Shown piece after piece: positions 1 through 10,404 of a stretch of 64,000 nt of DNA; position 1 is the stretch's first letter, and each line of letters starts with the position of its first letter. The stretch spans positions 192,001-256,000 of the forward strand of contig CAVYIM010000005.1 of assembly GCA_963768655.1 (NCBI GenBank), in the 5' to 3' direction. The position numbers and the translations under genes were made by a program. The notes beneath the pieces are model-generated. The model was not told the origin of the DNA. It saw nothing but the letters and a program-made list of their open reading frames with translations, and made no database searches. Source of the DNA: an uncultured Chloroflexia bacterium (GTDB taxonomy: Bacteria > Chloroflexota > Limnocylindria > Limnocylindrales > CSP1-4).

Positions 1-1
1 C

Positions 2-667
2 ATCGACGCCGGCTCCAGCGGCTACGTCGCCACCGACTTCTCCTCCAACATCTGGATCTCGACCGACGGCGTCGCATGGAAGACCGTGAACATGGCCACG
101 GCCGGAACCAAGGGCATCCTGGTCGACGGCGCCACGGCTTTCGCCGGAGGGTTCGTGGTGGCTGCGTCGGTGCCGGTGCCCGCGGAGGGATGCGGGACAG
201 GATCGGCTCCCAAGACGCCCTCGCTGTGGTGGTCTCGAGACGGCAGCAAGTGGTCCCGGGATGCCCTGAGCCCGCAGCTGACCGGTAGCCAGGCTTCAGC
301 CAGCGTCCAGCGCATCAGCGACAATGCCCTTCTTGCGGTCGGCACGACCTGGGGCAAGGTCGTGACGAGCCGGGCCTGGACCTCCGCCGACGGCCGGGTC
401 TGGACACCCGATCCGGATGCGCAGGTCCTTGATAACAACTTGCTCACGAACGGGACCTACGGCCTCCTGTTCTCCAACCCGGACAGTGGCAAGGTGAGCA
501 TCTGGGGCTTCAACAGCGACCTGAGGCTCGTCGCCCTGCCTCAGACGGGCGACCTGCCGACCGCGCCGTTTACGGATGGCAACCGCCCGGTCCTGGGTTC
601 GGCCGGCTTGATCGTTCCCAGCACCGACGGCACGCGCTTCTGGCTCGGCATTCCAACCGGAAGCTGA
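2..667 (+). CDS. Asp-box/BNR-like repeat protein, 5'-partial
   Basis: Frame is open from the window start; repeated W-x-S-x-D-G-x-x-W motifs (WISTDGVAW, WWSRDGSKW, WTSADGRVW). Confidence 0.75.
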   Translation: MDAGSSGYVATDFSSNIWISTDGVAWKTVNMATAGTKGILVDGATAFAGGFVVAASVPVPAEGCGTGSAPKTPSLWWSRDGSKWSRDALSPQLTGSQASASVQRISDNALLAVGTTWGKVVTSRAWTSADGRVWTPDPDAQVLDNNLLTNGTYGLLFSNPDSGKVSIWGFNSDLRLVALPQTGDLPTAPFTDGNRPVLGSAGLIVPSTDGTRFWLGIPTGS

Positions 668-893
668 CGGCGACGGACGCTCGACGCCCCGGTCCCGAGA
701 TCGGACGCGAGAGACGGAGCGTCGACGTCTTCGGCGTGAACGACGTCAGCGCCTAGGGCCTGTTGCCAGGAGGCGTCGCAGCCGCGCCCCTGGCCACAAC
801 GCGAGCTTTGTCGCGCACCTGATCTGAGGCTGGCCGCCACCCGTGTGCATGAAACTGCTTCCGTCGCGTGTTCTACTTGCGAAAGGAGGCGCG

Positions 894-1385
894 ATGGAGC
901 TGGCGATGGACGTCCCCGCAACGGGAGCCGACGCCCTCGAGGCGGCCCTCGACCGCTATTACGGACCTCTCGTCCGAAGGCTGACGCTGATAGTGCGCGA
1001 CCCCGAAGAGGCAGCCGACCTGGCTCAGTCGGCCTGCACCAGAGCCCTGGAGCACCGCGCCCGGTTCGACGGACGCGATCCCCGGGGCTGGCTCTATTCG
1101 ATCGGGATCAACCTTGCCCTCAACGAGTTGAGGCGCCGGCGGCGGTGGTTGTTCAAGCCGGCCGCGGAGGCCGACGCCACCTGGGTGATCGAGGTCGATC
1201 CCGACCTGTGGTCGGCGCTCGGTGAGCTCGAGCCACGAGTGCGGGCCGCGCTCCTGATGAACGTACTCGACGGCTACTCGCAGGCCGAGATAGCCACCGC
1301 TCTGCGCGTTCCCGAGGGGACAGTCGCGAGCTGGCTCGTGCGAGCGAAGCGCCGCCTGCGTGAGCGGCTTGGGGAAGGAGACTAG
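894..1385 (+). CDS. ECF sigma-70 family RNA polymerase sigma factor
   Basis: RBS AAAGGAGG before ATG 894; region 2 (EEAADLAQ...WLY.I..N) and region 4 (GYSQAEIA..L.VPEGTVASWL.RA). Confidence 0.9.
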   Translation: MELAMDVPATGADALEAALDRYYGPLVRRLTLIVRDPEEAADLAQSACTRALEHRARFDGRDPRGWLYSIGINLALNELRRRRRWLFKPAAEADATWVIEVDPDLWSALGELEPRVRAALLMNVLDGYSQAEIATALRVPEGTVASWLVRAKRRLRERLGEGD

Positions 1386-2025
1386 ATCGGATCCGTTCGA
1401 AGATCGACTCCGGTCGCGACTGGACGCTCTCGAGTCGGCGGCCCCCGTAGGCGATGGTGCTCGTGCGCCCGAAGCCCGGCCGCGGCGCCTTGTCCCGCTC
1501 CGCTGGGGAGCGCTCGCAGCCGTGGCTGCCGTCGCGGCGATTGCGATCGCAGTCGCCGGGCGACCGGCGGTGACTGACGCCTCCACACGAACGTACTCGC
1601 TGGATCAGAACGTCACGGTGACGGCGAAGACCAACGCGAGCTGGAGCGGCACGGTGGACCAGGCCACGGCCGAGGCCGCCATCCGCAAGACGATCCTGGC
1701 CAAGCTCGGGCCAGACGCGACTCTACACGTGACGTCGGCCTGGCAGGTCGCCGCCACCCTCGAGGTCAAGGGCACCGACTGGTCGATGTCCTGGACCAGC
1801 CCGAACCAGAAGCCGCTCGACGTCTGGGTCGTGGAGTTTGCCGGGACCGCCGCGGAGGGGTGGCCGGTGACCGCCAGCGGCGTGGTCGACGCCCAAACTG
1901 GGTCCTTGCTGGGCGGCGGCCTCAGCGAAGCAGGCACCCAGAACTCGGTCGGCCAGGGTCCGAACAAGCCGCCGGTCGTACCGGGACCGGCGGGCACGGC
2001 TCCCGAACCAGGTCCGACCAAATAG
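1360..2025 (+). CDS. Putative membrane-anchored anti-sigma factor
   Basis: Overlaps the ECF stop; FEDRLRSRL N-terminus, one TM helix, extracytoplasmic domain; start uncertain. Confidence 0.65.
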   Translation: MSGLGKETRSDPFEDRLRSRLDALESAAPVGDGARAPEARPRRLVPLRWGALAAVAAVAAIAIAVAGRPAVTDASTRTYSLDQNVTVTAKTNASWSGTVDQATAEAAIRKTILAKLGPDATLHVTSAWQVAATLEVKGTDWSMSWTSPNQKPLDVWVVEFAGTAAEGWPVTASGVVDAQTGSLLGGGLSEAGTQNSVGQGPNKPPVVPGPAGTAPEPGPTK

Positions 2026-2065
2026 CCACCGAGCCCGCAACGGGCGTCTCTAGCTCGTCTTCTTA

Positions 2066-2104
2066 GCGCGACTGGTCCGGAACAGGTGGCCGGACCAGTC
2101 GCGC
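2066..2104. terminator. 15-bp perfect-stem hairpin
   Basis: GCGCGACTGGTCCGG-N9-CCGGACCAGTCGCGC just after the anti-sigma gene. Confidence 0.55.
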
Positions 2105-2673
2105 CGCCGTGCCCGACCGCGGCCATCAGGGGGCCGACGGCTCACGGCGCTCACCAGCGCCGCAACGACACCTTCTCCACTCGGTCCACCTACCCCTTCG
2201 AAGGCTCGGCCAGCATGACGGTGCCGAAGCATCCCTCACGTGCCGCCAGTTCATCGGCCGGTGGGCGCCGCCATCAACAGTGGCGTTGTCCTGGATTGGG
2301 AGCTCGCCTGTTCACGGGCATTTCGTCGCCGTCTCGCCACTGCCTGTGGCCGCGTCAGGGGAGGTCGGCGATCCGCACGGCCTCGAAGCCGGTGGGCTCG
2401 TCCGTCGCCGGGTCCCGCGGCGCCAGGAAGAGCCAGCCGCCGGACAAGTAGCAACCATAACGCACCTCGCGAGGTGCCGAACCCTCTGGTCCGATGACCA
2501 AGTAGGGGTCATGGCATAGATGTTCACCTGTTGCGTTGGTTAACGGGCCAGTAATCGGGCTGCAGAGCTGGTCGTCGGACCAGCCTGTCCAGCCGTCCGA
2601 GCTGAGCTTTGTGGCAGCCTCGCCAGCCCCTCGGAACACAGGCGGCGTGTCGTCCAACGCTCGAAATGAAGGT

Positions 2674-2749
2674 TGGCGTCCCCGGCGGGATTCGAACCCA
2701 CGACCGACCGCTTAGAAGGCGGCCGCTCTATCCACTGAGCTACGGGGAC
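2674..2749 (-). tRNA. tRNA-Arg(UCU)
   Basis: Reverse complement GTCCCCGTAGCTCAGTGGATAGAGC...CT-TCT-AA...GGTTCGAATCCC...GGGGACGCCA; cloverleaf with encoded CCA. Confidence 0.97.
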
Positions 2750-3018
2750 ACCGAACGGCTCGGCCGCCGCGCGTAGAGTAACCCGCCCCGGCCAGCGCGG
2801 CCAGTCCAGCGGCGCCGGGAGCACCAGTGCCGCGGCAGGCGCCCGAGCGGCCCGCCTACCCGTTCGGGACAAGCCTGCGAAATCGCCCGTTAGTCCCATG
2901 GCCCTGTCTTTGGGCGGTGCTAGACTCCATATCCTTCGCGTCCACCACGTACGCGCCTGCTGTGCCCTCGGAGGTCGTGTCGGTGTCGTCGCTCCCGCTG
3001 GAGTCCGAGCTGACGGCC

Positions 3019-4486
3019 ATGCCATCGGCCGCGGACCAGCGGTCGGATGATCGATTGGACGTCCGGCAGGTTGCGCCTCGAACCGGCCCTCTCCTTTCGA
3101 CGACCAGCGGTCAGCTTGCCCTCCAGCTCCCGAGCGAGCTGCCCCACCTGTCGATCGCACCCGAATGGAAGGACCAGCAGCGGCTCTGGGGCCACAGCTT
3201 CCACCCCATGTGCTCGTACCTGGCCAGCTTCCCGGCCGGCCTCGTGCATGCGTTCATCGCCCGCTACACCCGCCCCGGCGACGTGGTCTTGGACCCGTTC
3301 AGCGGCCGTGGCACGACGCCGCTGCAGGCCTGCGCCGAGGGTCGAATTCGGCGCCGGCAACGACCTCAACCCGTTCGCGCACATCCTGACCGCCGCCAAG
3401 ATCGATCCGCCGACGAAGGCCGACGTCAAGACCCGCCTGGCCGCACTCCGCCTGGCCTGGGCGGCAACCGCCGGGGAGTGGAACGAGATCGCCGATCGCG
3501 TGACCGCCGACCCCGGCTCCTCCGAGATCCTGGCGCCCGGCCCCGGCAGCCGTCCCATCGGTGGCTCGATGCTGGCTCGTCCCGACGCGGTCGTCCCGGC
3601 CGAGGTCGCGCTTTCCTTCCATCCTCGAACGCTGGCTCAGCTGCTCTACCTGCGCGCCGGCCTGGATCCAGACGATCGAACGGATCGTTTCATCCTGGCG
3701 ACGCTCACCGGCATCCTTCACGGCAAGAGCGCGAGCTACCTCTCCGCCGTGATGCCGAACACCTTCAGCATGGCCCCGCGCTACGTCCGCGACTTCGTGG
3801 CCCGGACCAGCTTCCGCTCGCCCGAACGCGACACCTTCGGCCTGCTCGAGGACAAGGTCCGCCGCCTGTACCGCCAGGCCCTGCCCGCGGCGCGGGGGAT
3901 CGCCCTGCTCGGCGACGCTCGCGATTCGGGCATCCGGTTCCGCGAGGCCCTCCGGGCACGTGGCCTGCCGGAGCGGGCGCGCCTCGTAGTCACTTCGCCG
4001 CCCTACCTGCGCGTTGTGAAGTACGGCTACTACAACTGGCTGCGGCTGTGGCTCCTGGGCTACGACGCGGCCGCGATCGACGATCTCCTCGACGACGCCC
4101 ACCACCGCGACGCCTATCTGGTCTTCATGCGCGAGGTGCTGCGAGGCCTCCGCTCCGCGCTCGCGGACGACGCCGTCGTGGCCCTGGTGATCGGCGACGT
4201 GGAGCTGGATCGGGGCCGGCCTGCCAACGGCGGCGTGGGGCTGGCAGAGGCGGTCTGGGAACTCGCCGCCGCGCCGGAGGGGTACAGGCTGGCCGGCATC
4301 GCCCTGGACGACGTCGCAGCAGGTCGCAAGATGACCAAGCTCTGGGGCGACGAGGCGGGCCAGGCCACCAAGTTGGACCGGATCCTGGTTCTGTCCACGA
4401 GCGAAGCCGGCCGGCGCCGTGCGCTCTACGGAGCCTCGCTCCCGATCGACTGGTCCTGGCCGCCGCGCGCCCCGCGGGCGCTGTAG
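3019..4486 (+). CDS. Orphan site-specific DNA methyltransferase (N4-C/N6-A type), apparent +1 frameshift near 3346
   Basis: Motif I VLDPFSGRGTT in one frame and GNDLNP...VVTSPPY (motif IV) in the next; removing one base joins them; start uncertain. Confidence 0.85.
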
Positions 4487-4595
4487 GCCGGCCCGCCGGG
4501 CCGCCCGGACGCCGCCCTCTCGCCCACTCCCGCCGACTCCCGCCGGCTCTCGTCCATCGCCGACGCTCCGCGCCTCGGCCTCATACAATCACGCC

Positions 4596-4823
4596 ATGAA
4601 GCCGATGTACGACGAGCGCGACCTGGCAGCAATGGACCCGCTGGTCCTGATGAAGAACCTGGATCACGTTCGGATGACCAGCCGCCGGCTCAGCTACATC
4701 CTTCAGCAGCAGGTCCACCTGTACACGCCGACCGCCACCGAACTGCGCCAGCGGATCGACTCGTACACCGACGCCGAGCGCCAGATCGAGGCCGAAATGG
4801 CCCGGCGGCAGCTCCGCGCCTGA
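4596..4823 (+). CDS. Small helical hypothetical protein (75 aa)
   Basis: Host-like codon use; TACAAT -10-like box just upstream (possibly leaderless). Confidence 0.7.
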   Translation: MKPMYDERDLAAMDPLVLMKNLDHVRMTSRRLSYILQQQVHLYTPTATELRQRIDSYTDAERQIEAEMARRQLRA

Positions 4824-4935
4824 TCGGCGACGGCAGCCGGCGCCGCGAGCCTCCGGCGCCGCGAGGACCCGTGGCCAGGCCACGGCCGCCGGCGACACAG
4901 GCCACGGGCCACCGGCTCGGCCGACACAAGATGAG

Positions 4936-4965
4936 AAGAGGCCCTCCAAGGTAGGAGGGCCTCTT
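4936..4965. terminator. Probable bidirectional intrinsic terminator
   Basis: AAGAGGCCCTCC-N6-GGAGGGCCTCTT between convergent genes. Confidence 0.7.
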
Positions 4966-5024
4966 TCGATCGATCGGCCGGCCATCGCTGCGCCGGCATC
5001 GAACAGCGGGCTGCGGGCCCGGGT

Positions 5025-5390
5025 TCAGGTGGCCGTTCCCATCAGCACGCGGACGTGCCTTGCGTCTTCGGGCGCCTCCTCCGGCGCGTCCGATCGCATG
5101 GTTATGGGAGCCATCACGCCGACGAGCAGCCGACCTCGCCGCTCGGCGTCCTCGCGCGCAACCTGGTTGACGAGATCCGCCAGGCCCGGCATCTCCGCGA
5201 GTCCGAAAGCGATGCCGTGTTCGGCCAGCTCCGCGAAGCCCCAGCCGTGGTACAGGCCCCGGCTGGCGACGGCGCACATCTCGTCGTACAGCTGGGGCCA
5301 GCCGACGCGTCTACGACGGTGGCAGAACCTGACGAAATCGAGGGCGGCGTCAGTGGCAGCGCGATCTTCCGGGTGCCTGCGCGAATCCAT
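5025..5390 (-). CDS. Hypothetical protein
   Basis: GAGGAG RBS; protein-like core LDFVRFC...WPQLYDEMC.VA.RGLY.GW. Confidence 0.7.
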   Translation of the reverse strand: MDSRRHPEDRAATDAALDFVRFCHRRRRVGWPQLYDEMCAVASRGLYHGWGFAELAEHGIAFGLAEMPGLADLVNQVAREDAERRGRLLVGVMAPITMRSDAPEEAPEDARHVRVLMGTAT

Positions 5391-5784
5391 TCGATGCACT
5401 CGCTCCTCTCCATCGCGACCGCGAACCTCTTCCACCGACGGTCGTGGCCGGTTTCGGTCGCCCCGCGCGTCTCTCCTCCGCGGCAGGTTGGGCGTCATGC
5501 TAGGGGGCCGCTCGGTGCCAATAAAGGCTTTTCTCCACGAAGTGGTCCACCAAGTTTTCCACAGAACGCCCGTTCGCTGATCGTTTGTTCGACGGGCTCG
5601 AATGGAGGCGCCGGGCGGCTCGTTTCGAACGCCGAATTGGCGCCTCCGGGCGGCCCCCGGGCGATCCTCGAACGTCGTTTGGACCGCCGCGAACGCGCCC
5701 TGAGCTCTTACTCCATGAGCGCAGCGAAAAGGCGGAGGCGAGTGGCCCCCGCCTTCTTCGACGGCAGTGACGCCCTGGCGAGCC

Positions 5785-6561
5785 CTAGTTGGAGTGGATC
5801 ACCACCGTCCCGGCCGCCATGTCGTGCCAGGCCCGCTTGCGCGGCTCGAAGGCCGCCCACACAAACCCGAGGAGGCCGATGAGCCAGGTGATGAAGAACA
5901 TCTCGAGGTAGAAGATCACCGCGCGAATGGCGGCCGTGCCGCCATCGATCGGTCCGCCGTCGATGGCCCGCACGACCGTCAGCCCAAGCATCTTCATGCC
6001 GGGCGTGGCGCCGCCTTTCCACCAGAAGTACCACCAGTACCCAAAGAAGACGACCGGCAGGAGCACGAGGCCCACCAGGATCACGAGGCTCACGGCAGCC
6101 ACCAGCAGGGCCACTACCCAGATGATCGAATCGATGAAGTACGCCACGAAGCGGATCCAGAAGCCGGCGTACTGCGGCATGACGCCATAACCGGCCGGCG
6201 CGTAGCCCATCGGCTGGCCGAAGCCGGGGGGCGGGTACCCGGGCTGAGGCGGATACCCGGGCTGGGCGCCGGACCACGCGCTCGGATCGGTCCCGGGTGG
6301 AGACCCGGGCGGCGGCGGGTAGCCGGGCTGGCCGTAGCCGGGCTGGGGCGGAAAACCGGCAGGCGGTGGGTAAGCGCCCGGACCGCCCTGCTGCTGAGGC
6401 GCGTAGCCCCCCGGCTGTCCCGCCCACGAGCCGGGATCGGGCGCGGTCGGAGGCGTGGACCAGCCCGCAGGCGCGCTCGCCCAATCGGGCGGCGGTGGAG
6501 TCGAACCGGCACCCGGAGCCGCCGCCGGTTCCGGAGGCTGACCCTGCTGATCGTCGGCCAT
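5785..6561 (-). CDS. RDD family membrane protein with Pro/Gly-rich N-terminus
   Basis: YAGFWIRFVAYFID, GATPGMKMLGL, RAWHDMAAGTVV motifs. Confidence 0.92.
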   Translation of the reverse strand: MADDQQGQPPEPAAAPGAGSTPPPPDWASAPAGWSTPPTAPDPGSWAGQPGGYAPQQQGGPGAYPPPAGFPPQPGYGQPGYPPPPGSPPGTDPSAWSGAQPGYPPQPGYPPPGFGQPMGYAPAGYGVMPQYAGFWIRFVAYFIDSIIWVVALLVAAVSLVILVGLVLLPVVFFGYWWYFWWKGGATPGMKMLGLTVVRAIDGGPIDGGTAAIRAVIFYLEMFFITWLIGLLGFVWAAFEPRKRAWHDMAAGTVVIHSN

Positions 6562-6734
6562 CAGTTCTCCTCGCTATTGCGGGCGCGGAACCATCGCTCC
6601 CCCGCTTCTGACCAGGCCCTGTGTCGCAATGCTAGCAGGGGCAAACGTCCCGTTGCGATGCTCCGTGCACGCTGGGGATCGGCATGAAAGCACGCCCCCG
6701 GGGCGCGGTCCGGGGGCGTAGGGCAGTTGCGAGC

Positions 6735-6811
6735 TGGTACCGCATATCGGATTCGAACCGATGGTCTCCGCCTTGAGAGGGCGGTGTCCTGGGCCTCTAG
6801 ACGAATGCGGC
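6735..6811 (-). tRNA. tRNA-Glu(CUC)
   Basis: Reverse complement GCCGCATTCGTCTAGAGG...CCGCC-CTCTCAA-GGCGG...GGTTCGAATCC...ATGCGGTACCA. Confidence 0.97.
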
Positions 6812-6953
6812 ATCGCGTTCGGCCGCCACGACGGCGGACCGGGCGGGATGATAGCAGGAGCCGCGACCGCGCGCCACGCCGACCATCGCCGCATCGTCAC
6901 GGCTTGCCGCGGCGCCGCGGCACTGGGGTCACGCGCGGGCGCGCGCGAAACGC

Positions 6954-7835
6954 CTACAGCCGGTGCGTCTCCAGGAACGCCCGCACGCCGTCGGCGACCT
7001 GCTGGAAGCTCTGCTCGCCGATCACCAGGCCATAGTGCGAGTGGGCCCCGAACGGTTCGTAGGTCCCACCCAGCCAGTCGGCCAGACGGCTGGCCCCGGT
7101 CGCCGCCGAGGTCCCGTCCAGGCCGGCGCCGACGACCAGGATCGGCACGGTGGCCAGCCGGGCTCGATCGATGGGGATCCCCTCGAGGATCTCGCGCTTG
7201 GCCAGACCCGACTCATGCGGCTTCTGCCCGAACAGGTGCTGCAGCCGTATCACGTCGTCGATCGTGAGGTCGCGATTTCCGCGCTGGAGCTTCTCGGGCA
7301 GTGTCTCCCAGCCGATGTGGTCGCGGCCGTAGACGTCCGGAATCTCGCGTAGCTCGTGCGGTCGAACGGGCGGGCGAAGGTCGCGCGGGAGCTCGCTGTC
7401 GAGAAGGACGATCGCCCCTACCGGATGTCGTTCCGCGGCTTTGAGGACGAGCAGGCCACCCATCCCATGCCCGATCGAAACGGTGTGGGGCCCGATCCTC
7501 TCCATGACCGACACGACGTCGCCGACGTACGTCTCGAAGTCGGTGGAGGCCATGTCGGCGTTTTGCGACCAGTAATGGTTCCGGAGATTGAGGGCGTGGC
7601 CCTCCCAGCCCCGGCTGGCGAAGTACGACAGATACCGCTCCCAGACCCAGGAGCCGGTCAGCTCGCCGTGGACGAAGAGCAGTGGCCGCCGTCGCGAACG
7701 CCGCTCCGGCATCCACGACTCGACGTACAGCCCGCGCTCGGTGACCTCGATCTCATCCTTGCGGATCGGCCGGCCGTTCGAGCCAACCGAGTGCGGCCGA
7801 GCAACGCGCAGGCCGTCGGAGGTGTTGTCGCTCAT
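6954..7835 (-). CDS. Alpha/beta hydrolase-fold protein with atypical nucleophile elbow
   Basis: PLLFVHG, GHGMGG and C-terminal AHSHYG motifs. Confidence 0.85.
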   Translation of the reverse strand: MSDNTSDGLRVARPHSVGSNGRPIRKDEIEVTERGLYVESWMPERRSRRRPLLFVHGELTGSWVWERYLSYFASRGWEGHALNLRNHYWSQNADMASTDFETYVGDVVSVMERIGPHTVSIGHGMGGLLVLKAAERHPVGAIVLLDSELPRDLRPPVRPHELREIPDVYGRDHIGWETLPEKLQRGNRDLTIDDVIRLQHLFGQKPHESGLAKREILEGIPIDRARLATVPILVVGAGLDGTSAATGASRLADWLGGTYEPFGAHSHYGLVIGEQSFQQVADGVRAFLETHRL

Positions 7836-7881
7836 GTCTCTCGGGTTCCGATTCCACGTCGGGACGACCACCCGCCCCGAT

Positions 7882-9207
7882 TCACCATTCGTGAGGGTTG
7901 ATGATGAGCCCGGTGAGGGCCTTTGGGTAGAAGTAGGTCGATTTCTGGGGCATGACGTCACCGTCCGTCGCGACGGCCGCGATCTCCGCCACGGGAGTGG
8001 GGTCGAGCAGGAACGCCATGTCGGCGCCTTCGTGGGCCACGTCCACCCAGTCGAGCGCCTCGCGCACGGATTTCGTGTAGGCCAGCCGGCCCGCGGCGAT
8101 CGCCTCTCGATCGATCTTCGAAAGCCTGTCCAGCGCGGTCTGCAGGAGCGTCACGTCAAGCCGGCGCAGAGCCGCTCCGCCGGACGGCAGGAACCTGGCA
8201 AACGCGTCGCGTCGGGCGCGAAGAATGGCGCCCCCCTGACGCGTCCAGAGCCCGAACCTGCCCTCGCCGCCGGGAGACCTGTCGACTGAAGCGAATGCCT
8301 TCGCCAGCTCGGCGCGCGCCGCGACGAGCTCCACGTCGAACAGCTCCGGAGCACGGGACAGGAAGTTGGCCACGCCGGCGTCGCCGAGGTAACGCACGAT
8401 CCGGTGGGTCGGCAGGACGGTCAGCTTCTGATGCGAAGTCTCGAGAAACAGCATCAGGACGTAGTCAGAGGCCGGGTCCGACTCGCCGGTCCGGTTGGCG
8501 CGCCGCTCGTCGCGGTAGCGGATCGCCGTCTCGTAGCGGTGGTGGCCGTCGGCGATCGTGATCGGATCGCGGCCGGCAGCGGCCAGGAGGTCGCGGACCT
8601 TATCTGCGAAGGGCCCGTTCGCGGTCACGGCCCAGACGCGATGGCGAACGCCGTCGTCGTCGATCACGTCGATGTCCGCGGGTGTGGCCGCGATGGCTTT
8701 CATCGACCTCATCGATGCCCCCCGTCGATCGGCGTACAGCCCCACCACGGGGCTCGTATTGACGCTGGTCGCCCTCATCAGCCTGTAGCGGTCCTCTTTC
8801 GGGGCCGAAAGGGTCCGTTCATGCGGCAGGACGCCGGCGCCGGGCCCGAAGGTTTCGAGCTTGAGGCGGCCGAAGAAGCCCAGCTGACTTCGGTGTCGCC
8901 TGGTCCCCGGAACCGCATAGGTCTGCTCGTAGACGTAGACGCCCGGGTAGCGGTCCTTGTGGAGAGTGCCGTCTTCACGCCACTGCGTCAGGAGCCTGCC
9001 GGCTCGCCTGTAGCGATCCTCCGGCTCATCTCGGGGCTGCGCCTCCGGCAGGTCGATGCGGACGGCGTTGCGCGAGCTGCGGCGCAGCAGCTGCTCGTGC
9101 AGTTCCGGCCCGATCACGTCGTACGGAGGGCAGACGACGGCATTCAGGTCGCCCGCGACCTTGGGGTCGAACCGAAGCGCGCGAAATGGTCGGATCTCAG
9201 GCACCAT
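7882..9207 (-). CDS. DUF1015 family protein
   Basis: IRPFRA, PPYDVI, PHERT, IADGHHRYETA, MPQKSTYFYPK motifs. Confidence 0.93.
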   Translation of the reverse strand: MVPEIRPFRALRFDPKVAGDLNAVVCPPYDVIGPELHEQLLRRSSRNAVRIDLPEAQPRDEPEDRYRRAGRLLTQWREDGTLHKDRYPGVYVYEQTYAVPGTRRHRSQLGFFGRLKLETFGPGAGVLPHERTLSAPKEDRYRLMRATSVNTSPVVGLYADRRGASMRSMKAIAATPADIDVIDDDGVRHRVWAVTANGPFADKVRDLLAAAGRDPITIADGHHRYETAIRYRDERRANRTGESDPASDYVLMLFLETSHQKLTVLPTHRIVRYLGDAGVANFLSRAPELFDVELVAARAELAKAFASVDRSPGGEGRFGLWTRQGGAILRARRDAFARFLPSGGAALRRLDVTLLQTALDRLSKIDREAIAAGRLAYTKSVREALDWVDVAHEGADMAFLLDPTPVAEIAAVATDGDVMPQKSTYFYPKALTGLIINPHEW

Positions 9208-9437
9208 TGCTCCTAGAAAGGCCGCTGTGGCCGACTGCCGCTCACCGGCGACCGCACGGCTCTCCGAACCGGCGATTATCGACGGGAACAACCGGATCGT
9301 AAGGTAAGCGAGCGCTTTGGGCCACTCCGGGCTGCCAGATCCGCCGTTCCGGCGAGCGCCGATCCAGCCACGACAGCCCCTTCCGGGGCCCGCCGGATGG
9401 CGGTGCAGGTTTTGGCGTTCGCTGCTACTTTTCAGAT

Positions 9438-10316
9438 ATGCACCATGATCGGACCGTGCATGCGGAGTTGCCGGCCCAGGACACCGCCGCCCCGAAGCGC
9501 GACCAGGCCGTCGTGACGGCCGCCTCGACGGCGAGACCTGCTCCAGCGACCGCCTACGCCACGGCCGTGGCCGCCGCCCTGGGCGGCGCCCAGTTCGAGC
9601 ACGGCACCGACGCCGATATGATCGAGCGCCGCGTCCGGACGGCGAACCCGCTCGTCACGCCTTCGCCGGGACCCGGCGCCTCATCGACGCTGCGCCGCGA
9701 CGTCCTCTACGCCCTGCGGACGGGCGGACCCGCCTCTCCGGATCAGATCGCCGATCGCGTCGGGGCGAGCCGAACCGGCGTCCTGCAGCAGCTTCGAACC
9801 CTGGAGACCGGTGGGCTGGTCACGCGCAGCCTGAGCCGCCACGGAGTCGGCCGGCCGCGCCACGTGTACGACCTCACGCCGGCGGCGCAGGAGCTCTTCC
9901 CCGCCAACTACGGGGCGCTGACACAGTCAATTCTCACCGCCATACACACCGTCGGCGGCGACGAACTGATCGCGGAGGTCTTCGAGGCTCGCCGCCAGAT
10001 CCTTCGGGCGCGGATCAGCCGCCGAATAGAGGAGCGGCTGCCGGCCGACGCGTCGCTCTGGGAGAAAGTCAAAGAAGTGGCGAGCTACGAGGACGACACC
10101 GGATACCTCGGCAGGGCCACTCAGGACGACGACGGAACGATCCGCTTGTGCGAGCACAACTGCGCGATCTACGGCGTCGCGGGCGCCTACCAGATAGCGT
10201 GCGCGGCCGAGCTGCAGCTCTTTGGCGAGGTGCTCGGCGCGAAGGTCACGCGCGAATGCCACATCGCCACGGGCGGTCGGAGCTGCACCTACCTGATCGA
10301 ACCGGCGGACGGCTAG
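9438..10316 (+). CDS. SufR-like winged-HTH transcriptional regulator
   Basis: HTH followed by GVGRPRHVY.LT, FP..Y, EHNCAI, C..E, G.RSCTY; start uncertain. Confidence 0.8.
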   Translation: MHHDRTVHAELPAQDTAAPKRDQAVVTAASTARPAPATAYATAVAAALGGAQFEHGTDADMIERRVRTANPLVTPSPGPGASSTLRRDVLYALRTGGPASPDQIADRVGASRTGVLQQLRTLETGGLVTRSLSRHGVGRPRHVYDLTPAAQELFPANYGALTQSILTAIHTVGGDELIAEVFEARRQILRARISRRIEERLPADASLWEKVKEVASYEDDTGYLGRATQDDDGTIRLCEHNCAIYGVAGAYQIACAAELQLFGEVLGAKVTRECHIATGGRSCTYLIEPADG

Positions 10317-10404
10317 GACGACCTTCCGCGCGCTCTCACACCGCGGGCCCTGCGTCGCTCGCGACGGGCGTGGGCCGCCCGGCTACGGTAGAAGCTCGCC
10401 GCCC

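Noticed and set aside
6615-6670. GGGCAAAC resembling a c-di-GMP-I riboswitch start
   Set aside because: Lacks the GAAA tetraloop and GCAAAG elements, and is on the wrong strand for the adjacent gene
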